From Octopus sinensis (taxonomy: Eukaryota), in contig NC_043004.1 in NCBI RefSeq assembly GCF_006345805.1, positions 98,208,001-98,272,000 on the forward strand: a stretch of 64,000 nucleotides of DNA, given 5' to 3'. Below the pieces are notes generated by a model, which saw nothing but the letters and a program-made list of their open reading frames with translations, was not told the origin of the DNA and did not search any database. Positions 54,587-64,000 of this stretch are shown one piece after another; within the stretch, counting starts at the first letter, position 1, and the number at the start of each line of letters is the position of its first letter. The translations under genes and the position numbers were made by a program.

Positions 54587-54620
54587 GTTATTATTATCAT
54601 TATCATCATTATTATTATTA
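54343..54620. repeat. Compound (CAT/CAG/ATT)n microsatellite
   Basis: Direct reading. Confidence 0.93.
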
Positions 54621-55789
54621 TAGTTAATGCAGTAGTTTCATTTCAATTTTTTAAATTAAATTTAATTTTATTGTATTAAATACTTTTTTAACTTTTATAT
54701 TTCATTAAATTATTATTATTTTTCCCATTTAAAAATGTTTCTTTCTTTTTTTTCATTATTTTCATTTAGTTCTTCTTCTTCTTAAAGTCCTATGAAATTA
54801 ATTTTTAATTAATTTTTCAACATTATCTAATAAACAGTGCATTCATTTAAGTCAGATCTAATAAAGTCTCCTTTGTTGTTGTAGTTGTTGCTAGTGCTAA
54901 TGCTGTTGCCATTTATATTATTTTTGTTGATTTTTCTCTCTCAGTTTTTATATAAACACTTAATTTCATTTTCAGTCATATCTTAATGAATTATTTTGAT
55001 ATTTGCAATTTTAATTCGTTACCTCATTTGTTGTTGTTCATGCTGTTCTTGTTTCCTGTTTCAATTTTCCCTCTTTTAGATTTCCTTAATTTTATCCCGA
55101 AATATATATGCATATGTGTGGTATATATATACGCAGACACAAACCACAAACATAGGAGTATATAAAAGATGTATGATGCATTCATATATATATATATATA
55201 CACATACATATATATATCCATATATACATACATATATACTTATATATGCATATATATGTATGTGTATATGTATATATATATATATTTATATATATATACA
55301 TATCCATATGTATATATATATATATATATATGCGTGTATGTATGTACATGTATATCCATATAAGGGACATGCATGTGGCTGTGTTTCTGTATCTGTGTGT
55401 ATGTGCGAGTGTGTCCTGTGTGTATTTTATGATTACATTTTCACAAGAGAAATGAGAATTCTATTCTTTAAAAGCTCCTTAGATAACTATCGATGTTAAA
55501 GGGTTCTCGTTTCACCCTGTTCCTGAGTGTCAGCAATAGAAACACAACATTTTGCTAATTGTTCGATATTAAATCTCCATTTTATTTTTACAGTTTTTTC
55601 CTTTCTTTCAATTTTTACTGATTATTAATTTTTTTCTCTTTTTGGTGAGTCAATTTAAAATTCTAGTATTTTTTAAATAATGATTATTTTTCATTCTTAT
55701 CTGATACTTAATAAATTTTTATATGCATTTTGCCATTCTGGCAGCATAAGAGGAATTGGAGATGTGTTACTTTTATTGATTTCATTGTG

Positions 55790-55826
<37 letters not shown>

Positions 55827-55947
55827 GTGCTTATTATTATGAATATTATCATTTTTATTGTCTTGAAATATATACGATAATACTGCAATAGAATACAATT
55901 CTGTCGGTGGTTACAATTTATTATTAATATAATATAAAGTATAAGGT

Positions 55948-55974
55948 ATAGTAGTAGTAGTATTAGTAGTAGTA

Positions 55975-56010
<36 letters not shown>

Positions 56011-56172
56011 ATTGTAGTAGCCGCAGCAGCAGCCGTAGCAGTCGCAGAAGCAGTAGTAGTAGTAGTAGTGGTAGTAGTAGCCGCAGCAGTAGCCGTATCA
56101 GTTGCAGAAGCAGTAGTAGTAGTAGGAGTAGTAGTAGTAGTAGTAGTAGTAGGAGTAGTAGTAGTAGTAGTA

Positions 56173-56206
<34 letters not shown>

Positions 56207-56232
56207 CATAACAACAATGGTGATGGTGATGA
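55948..56232. repeat. (GTA)n/(GCA)n microsatellite with a ~57-bp internal duplication
   Basis: gtagtagccgcagcag.agccgta.cagt.gcagaagcagtagtag occurs twice (~56014 and ~56074). Confidence 0.9.
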
Positions 56233-56743
56233 TAGCTGACAAAAACCATTGATATTACTTTACATATTCTTATTTTCATCTAAATGTGTGTGGGTGATCC
56301 GCATGTCCTTCCTCCTACATATATGCCATTGTGCACAGAATTGTACAATCATGAATTAGTAGGTTTTTACCTGTTATAAGGCAAAGGAACCAAGGATGGC
56401 ATACATGTATATATTATGCATTCTTAAACTGAATAAACTCGACGGAACTATATTTCGATATCGATCTGTGTGCATGAATATATATATATATATAAATCTG
56501 TGTGTGTATGTACCTATATATGTGTGTGTATGAGAAAGGGAGAGAGAAATATAAAGAAACAGATTGATAGATAGGTACTTGAACGAATCATGTGTCCTTC
56601 AAATTATCAGATACTCTTGGGGACTACTCCTCTGTTGAGTCCTAAGGCAAATATCTCCCTTTAAGTATAAAACAGCATTACGTCAATGAAGGCCACTTGT
56701 GTGGTTCTCTACCTTAAAATACTTTAAAATATATCATCATCTG

Positions 56744-56930
56744 TACGCCGGGAAAATGCTTAACGGAATTTCATCCTTCCTAACATTTCTATTGCAAATT
56801 TCACCGAGGTTGACTTTGCCTTTCACCGTTTTGAGGTCGATAAAATAAGTATCAGTTGAACTCTGAGGTCGATGTAATCGATGTAACCCCTCTCCCGAAA
56901 TTACTGGCTTTATGCCAATATTTGAAACCA
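56744..56930 (+). mobile_element. SINE family C, diverged short-tail form
   Basis: acgccgggaaaatgcttaacgg...gaggttgactttgcctttcaccgttttgaggtcgataaaataagta. Confidence 0.75.
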
Positions 56931-57074
56931 ATATATATATAACTGTCTGTCTTATGTCTCTCTTTCATTGCGATATGCAATGTGTGAAGCAGGTTTTTAT
57001 ATGCATTTCTGGTTTTTATTTTCATTTACGTTATTAGTAATATATTCGATTTATCGATAGCTCCCAAAGTTTTT

Positions 57075-57326
<252 letters not shown>

Positions 57327-58296
57327 ATATATACTCTTTATCTTTTATTAAACTTTTAATACTTTTGATATTTATAAAATAAAAAAATAAAAAAATAAAA
57401 ATAAATAAATAAATAAATAGATAAAAAATAAATTAATTAATAAATAAATAAATAAATTAATTAATTAATTATTAAACAAAATAATATAAAAATATACATA
57501 CATATATATATATATATTTGTATATATATATTTAAAATTTATAAGTTTAAATTATTTTAATAATTTTTTAATTTTTAACTTTTATATTTTTTAATTAATT
57601 TTATGTATTGGCTTATGTTTTTCACTGTTTGATTTGCCTAATAGTGGGTTTATCTCTAATTTAATATAATATAATATAATATATTTATGCTATAATATTA
57701 GATTTAATCCTAAATCTAATTTTTCGCTGTAAGTTTGGATTTATTCCCTAATGTTATTATTATTATTATTGTGCCCCAGCATGGCCACAGCTCATGAGCT
57801 GAAACTGGAAAAATCAAAATCAAATATATATATATATACATATATATATATAAATACAAAATGTGACAAGAACGCAAAACATTCAAATAGACGATACAAA
57901 ATACGGACGGGTCATTCGAAGCCTCTAATCTTCAGGCAAGAACCGGATCATCCTCGCAATTTCGGCTGATTAATCTTGAGATAGCGCCGATCTGGCCAGC
58001 CCCAAGGAAAAACTAAGTTACGAGCATTAGATTAATTCGAAAAAGGATCGAATGTATACGAAACAAGGACGGAAAAATGGACAATGTTACACGAATATAA
58101 ATACAAAAAACAAAAAAATAATACGAATATAAATACAAAAAACAACAACAATAATAATAATAATAATCATAATAACAGTACAAAACAACAGGCGTCTTTC
58201 GATTTTAGTCAGTTGAACTATATATATATATATATATATGGGTGTGTGTGTTTGTGTGAGGGCTATTTATATATGTATATATGTAGGAAAGTAGGA

Positions 58297-58397
58297 AGGT
58301 AGCTAGGTAGGAAGGTAGGTAGGTATGTAGGTAGGTAGGTAGGTAGGTAGGTAGGTAGGTAGGTAGGTAGGTAGGTAGGTAGGTAGGTAGGTAGGTA
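58297..58397. repeat. (AGGT)n microsatellite
   Basis: Direct reading. Confidence 0.95.
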
Positions 58398-59485
58398 AGA
58401 TACTCTTAGGAGATGTGAGGAATGAAGTTTACTTTTCAGCATAATGCTTCTTGCGGTTCACACATTTCTTCCAGCGGTGTTGCAGAGACTGCACCCCGTT
58501 GGTGAAGACGCTTCTATCCGCGTATTCAAAAATGTTATCAACAACAAATATGACGTCATCATCACTGCGAAAGTTTTTCCTAGACTAGTATCTTTTCATG
58601 TTGGGGAGCAGATTGAGCCAAATCAAGAAAATAGTGGCAATGATCAACAATTTCAAATTCCCTGTCACGCACAGGATCCATTGAAACTAAGGACTTCTGT
58701 GCTGAAGTATTGACCTGATGAACCAAGAACCCTGGGTGTTTGGTCTTGATAACCTTTCGTAACTGCCTCATCAAGTTGGCATCACAAAGTAGTCAATAGC
58801 CACAATACCCTTCGCAACCCAAAAAGCTGACGCCGTCGCTTTCCTTGCAGATAAAACGTCCATGGCCTTCTTTGGAGCAGTTGAGGGGACGTGATCCAAC
58901 GGCATGGATTTTCTCCTTGTAACTGGCCAACATCCTGTGACAGAAAACGTTCAAGGAACTCAGATGGATCAGCTTCGAACAATGTGATATTCTCCTGTGA
59001 TATGATCAGCCTGGTACGCGTTTGGTCCTATTTCAGAAACCATGGCATCCATCGAGCAGAAACCTTTGTCTTGTCACAATCATTGAGTAGCATATTCCAA
59101 GTTTCTCACGGGATATGCTAATAGCATTGGCTCTTTGATTTTGGATAGATTACCATATATTATGCATAACCGTATGACTGACAAGATCAATATTTTGCTC
59201 GATAGTGGATGTTGCAGTACGTACACACTATTGGTCACCTTCAAGAGTTTCTTTTACGTTCTTAAATATAGCTGCCCGCTTTTCCACTTTTTGATAAAGT
59301 GGAACCATTATCTCCTAATATAGCAAGAATGTCAGTATTAATGTCCTTAGAGATTTAACACTTTTCAAGAGGAATTGCTACTCAATACTTTTGAAGTCAT
59401 TTTTTAACAGTTAATGCTTGCACGATCCCACAGCTCTAGCATCAATCATTCATAGTCAGCCGATAGACTTTTCAACCCAAATCTG
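58398..59485 (-). mobile_element. Defective mariner (DD34D-type) transposon
   Basis: Minus-strand fragments KVSARWMP (WVP motif), FEADPSEFLERFLSQD, RQLRKVIKTKHPG..VHQVNTSAQKSLVSM...FEIVDH; TIR-like TA|CAGATTTGGGTTGAAAAGTC at 59485; many frameshifts. Confidence 0.85.
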
Positions 59486-59519
59486 TACACACACATATAT
59501 AAATAAATTTTTTAAAAAT

Positions 59520-59758
59520 AAATGCGCCCTTTTAAAGCCTAGCCTGGCTCATGGGTCCGGTTTCCCGGTTTCTATGGCGTATGTGTTCCCCAGCTGGATG
59601 GGACGCGGCGTTACTCATTTTTGCCAGCTGAGTGGACTTGAGCAACGTGAAATGAAGTGTTTTCCTCAAGAACACCACGCGCCACCCGGTCCAGGAATCG
59701 AAACCACAATCTTGCGATCATGACGCCGACACCCTAACCACTAAGCCACGCGCCTCCA
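59520..59758 (-). mobile_element. tRNA-derived SINE with A-like head and CORE/V-like central segment
   Basis: Minus strand ggaggcgcgTGGCTTAGTGGttagggtg...GTTTCGATTCCtggacc, then cttgaggaaaacacttcatttcacgttgctc...gtcccatccag...gaaaccgggaaaccgg. Confidence 0.82.
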
Positions 59759-62700
59759 TATATATATACATATATACATATATGCATGCATGCATGCATG
59801 CATACATACATACGTAACACACACCCAACATACATACGTATATCGATATGCCAATATATGTGTGTGTTTGCATATGTGTATGTATGTGTCTGTGTATGTG
59901 TGTGTTTGTGTTTGTATTGGTATTGATAAATATGTTTATTCATTTTCATACATGTAACACGAATATAAGGTATTCGTGGATGTTATAATGAATAAACATA
60001 CGTCACGTTTTAAAAGGTAGATTATAGGTTTCAGCCTATATTTATATGTATGTGTTTGCCTCGTTCTATGTACAGACATATGGTTGAATAAATAATATCG
60101 TTCTAGCACATTTGTCAGTAATATGTATGAATATGTTTGTGTATATTCAAATGTACATGTTTATACATACACACTTATATACTTCTCGGTCTTTTTATAT
60201 ATTTTCCTTTCCCTGTGTATATGTATATATATGTATATATACATATCTTTATGTATACATATGTACGTGTTTGTGTTTGTGTGCCTACATATACATGCAC
60301 ACACACACACACACACACAAACACACATGTATATATGACCATAAAAGCAGAAGATCAAATGTTTCACCAACATTTCATACTTTCGTTGTACTCAACACCT
60401 GTTTCATTAAGATAACCACCATTAAATATATAATTACATATTTCATTTAAATTAAATTAAAAACTGTGTTATCCAAATCATAAGGTATGCTATGTTAACT
60501 CAAGACACCTGATGAATTATGTTAGCTCTACGTTTAAATCAATTTATTTGAATTTAATTATATATCAGAATTATGTAATTATGCATTTTACGATGTTTAT
60601 ATTAGTGAAGCAGCTGTTGGGAACAATGAAAATATGAACTATACGTGAAATTCTTGCTTTTTTTCTGTTATGGTAAATATATAAGCCGTAAAGCTTGCTT
60701 AGCAGATTACGAATATAACTATACAAGCCGGTCGCAACTAGATTTAATGTAATGTAATAACATAATTCAGTATAAGAACCTGTTGTCGGAATGTGTTGAC
60801 TTGTTGATGTTTATGCATCAGTTTCTCTATATGGGTACAAAAACATAACCATAAGTATGTATATGTGAGGCTATGTGTAGAAGTGTCCATTATTATTACT
60901 GGAAAGTAATTATTTAATTTCTACATTTTTACCAAATTTCTTTTTCTGCACGCACACATGCATGTGTGTGTGTGTCTGTGTGTCTATGTGTGTTGTGAGT
61001 GTGGTGTGTGTGTGTGTGTGCGTGTGCGTGCGTGTTGTGAGTGTGTGTGTGTATGTGTACGCTCGCTATGACAGAAGAACGAGAGTTTATAGACTTTCGT
61101 GTCGAATTGAGCTTAATTTCGTTCAAGATTCCGTAGTTCCAGGCATTCCCTGAGAAGGTGTTTATGTACCCGCGAACTGGCTTGATAAGATGTTCTCAAC
61201 TTTTTCACATAATGTAGAGTTGTTTATGAGATCAAATAACGTTCTTCGTATTTTTTCTTCTTGAAAATACATGGTTCCAATCTAAAATTATTAAACGATT
61301 AATGAAAACCTAAAATTCCACTACTTATCCTTAATCCACAATCCCAAACGTGTAACAAAGAGTATTAGAAACAGGTGAATTTCAATTATAACTTATTCAA
61401 GAATGCTCTTCTCGTGTACAATGTCCTGTAATCTATCAGCTCTGATAAATCAATATATATTTCTATATGTATAAACGAAACGAAAGAAACGCTGATCTCA
61501 ACACATTTGGTTGGAATTATACGTATTGTGTCACAATACTTCAACTCTGCTCCATGCAACTTAAAGTTTAGTAAGGCCATACAAAAAACATCTCTCGTCA
61601 AGAGATCATGTAATATGAAATTAGACAAATTCAAAATGGCTTCTAGATGGTAAACCTCGTTTGGTCAATTTAGCATGTGGTGTTATTGGTTTGGTAACGG
61701 CATAAGCCCTTTGCTCAGAGATCCATGGTCACCGACAGGTTTTCTGTAGGTAACTGTCACTGCTGTGTCTTGTGTGGTTACGGTGTTGTTTATTTAGTGA
61801 CGCCAAATCATTGCCTTTGCCTCTAACATGACAGTGTTGGTGAAGGTTGGTGAAGGGCTAATATCATAGCGCCGATAGCCTTTCTATGGGAAAAATCAGA
61901 TTTAGTAGTGTTAGGTAGGACTACCAATATGAATGGGTTTGTAGTGTTTATGAGCAACAAGGGTTAAGTGTTGTGCTCTTGAGTATGGATCAAGCCAGAG
62001 TAACGTGAACTATTTGGGTTGTCAGGCGGCAGGGGTTGATTTAATCAGCAAATCATACCTTAGTAGAAAGGATAGGTTAGTTCATGTTCCCCGTCGATCG
62101 ATACTCTGGGTGATGCAGTATATGCGTAATTTGACGCAGAGGCAGAGATGGCATTTGGGAACTCCAAGCTAGTACGGAACGTCCCTATGAATGATAGTTC
62201 ATTGAATGTGGGCAAAGTCGTTCTGCAGGGCACGGATGTCAGATAAAACGGGTCAAGGAGGTGGAGTTTTCGTGGAGCGGTTGCATTAGATTGGGGGGCG
62301 GTCACAGAATTGAGCACGTCACAGCTTACATAGACAAAGAGATGGAGAAAATCCCATGTAGAATATGGGCTGCCGTTTCTTTCTTTTTTGTGTGTTGTTT
62401 TGTGGTTGCCGCCAATTCACTGCTGTTACTTTTTCTTTTATCAGCCTCAATAGGAAAGGCAAACATTGACCTCGGTTACTCTGAGGACAGAGCGCAAATT
62501 TTTAGAGCAACTGATGAGTGGAATTCTATCCGGCTCTCTGAAGACCCTTCCAATTTGCTGCCTGTACGAAGGGAATAAAAATAAGAGTGCATTCATTCAA
62601 TTTATTCATTGAATTCTAACAAGGAAAAGATAAAGTGTGTTTTACAAAAGTTTATATTTTGCGCAGACACCTCCGGAAAGCAAATAGGGTCATAAATATT

Positions 62701-62916
62701 TCATTTTCAAATACAATAAACTGTGTGAGAAAAAGAAAAAGATGAAGAACACAGGGAATCTGGAAGAAGAAAGAAGAAACCAATAAAAACAGTATCAGTT
62801 TTACGGAAATCTTTGGTTAAGATAAGAGTTATTTCTACTACTTAATTTTTGAAGTGGTTAATCGATTTTACGGAAACCTTCACTCAGTAAAACACTCAAT
62901 TAGATAGTTTAATACT

Positions 62917-63308
62917 TTGATGATGGAAGCACTCCGTCGGTTACGACGACGAGGGTTCCGGTTGATCCGAATCAACGGAACAGCCTGCTCGTGAAATTAA
63001 CGTGTAAGTCGCTGAGCACACCACAGACACGTGTACCCTTAACGTAGTTCTCGGGGATATTCAGCGTGACACAGAGAGTGACAAGGCCGGCCCTTTGAAA
63101 TACAGGTACAACAGAAACAGGAAGTAAGAGTGAGAGAAAGTTGTGGTGAACGAGTACAGCAGGGATCACCACCATCCCCTGCCGGAGCCTCGTGGAGCTT
63201 TAGGTGTTTTCGCTCAAAAAACACTCACAACGCCCGGTCTGGGAATCGAAACCGCGATCCTATGACCGCGAGTCCGCTGCCCTAACCACTGGGCCATTGC
63301 GCCTCCAC
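62917..63308 (-). mobile_element. SINE family A, full length with TSD
   Basis: agtttaatact (62906-62916) / agtttagtact (63309-63319) flank the element; (tca)n tail. Confidence 0.94.
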
Positions 63309-63731
63309 AGTTTAGTACTATCCCTAGTCGTAGTTGTTCATACTTTGAAAACCAGCCAGAAAATTTAATGACGTTTGCTTCTGATAGCACCCTATAGAGG
63401 AGATACTTGAGGACTCAACCCCGCAAATATCCCAGGAATATTGGACAGAAAAGATGAATGGATGCATGTATTACAAAATCATAATAATAATTCTTACAGG
63501 TAAATCATCGAAACTTACTCTAGTACTTAGTACCTAATTTAATGTAATTCTATGTTTTACAAATAATAAAATGATGATGTTTTCCACCTATATAACATAT
63601 TTACAGTTTAACCAAATAAATAACAATTCCCATCATGAATTATACTTCACGTAAGTATTTCTGAAAATCTTTTCATTCATTAAGAGATTGTGATGGCAAA
63701 TTTTGAGTTTAATTACCTATATATATCTACC

Positions 63732-64000
63732 GTGGAGGCGCAATGGCCCAGTGGTTAGGGCAGCGGACTCGCGGTCATAGGATCGCGGTTTCGATTCCCA
63801 GACCGGGCGTTGTGAGTGTTTATTGAGCGAAAACACCTAAAGCTCCACGAGGCTCCGGCAGGGATGGTGGTGATCCCTGCTGTACTCGTTCACCACAACT
63901 TTCTCTCACTCTTTCTTCCTGTTTCTGTTGTACCTGTATTTCAAAGGGCCGGCCTTGTCACTCTCTGCGTCACGCTGAATATCCCCGAGAACTACGTTAA
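63732..64000 (+). mobile_element. SINE family A, cut by window end
   Basis: gtggaggcgcaatggcccagtggttaggg... near-identical to other A copies. Confidence 0.94.

Noticed and set aside
57900-58218. Two HHR-like strings on the minus strand (CTGAAGA...GAAT; CTGACTA...GAAA)
   Set aside because: Core nucleotides and stems are non-canonical; the island is probably a repeat but a ribozyme call is unsupported.
61990-62580. GC-richer block with GQGGGVF and ..DEWNSI.. strings recalling LINE endonuclease and C-terminal motifs
   Set aside because: Motifs too short and degenerate to assign; needs a translated search.
63733-63805. tRNA-like sequence at SINE A heads
   Set aside because: A and B boxes present but cloverleaf incomplete and always fused to SINE bodies with TSDs; not tRNA genes.

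Overview
AT-rich, microsatellite-saturated eukaryotic non-coding DNA (intergenic or deep intronic). The repeat landscape suggests an octopus/coleoid cephalopod; this is inference, not a database result. I cannot support any host protein-coding exon, and almost all ORFs in the track are translations of (TA)n/(CA)n/(ATT)n repeats or SINEs. Supported content: (i) three abundant tRNA-headed SINE families (A, B, C here), several with target-site duplications, plus variants with swapped 3' tails; (ii) decayed DNA transposons (a TIR-bounded maT/DD37D-type element, two mariner-type remnants, a complete non-autonomous Helitron, a Helentron/HINE-like end); (iii) a Penelope-like retroelement remnant and two copies of a ~540-bp element embedded in (ATT)n. 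The most interesting signal is a set of five sequence-unrelated type I hammerhead ribozyme (HHR) motifs, each in a short unique island next to or between (TA)n tracts. Three are clustered on the minus strand at 46.5-47.6 kb, and two carry a compensated U3-A8 core (UUGANAA) instead of CUGANGA. All structures were read by eye; no folding or searches were run.
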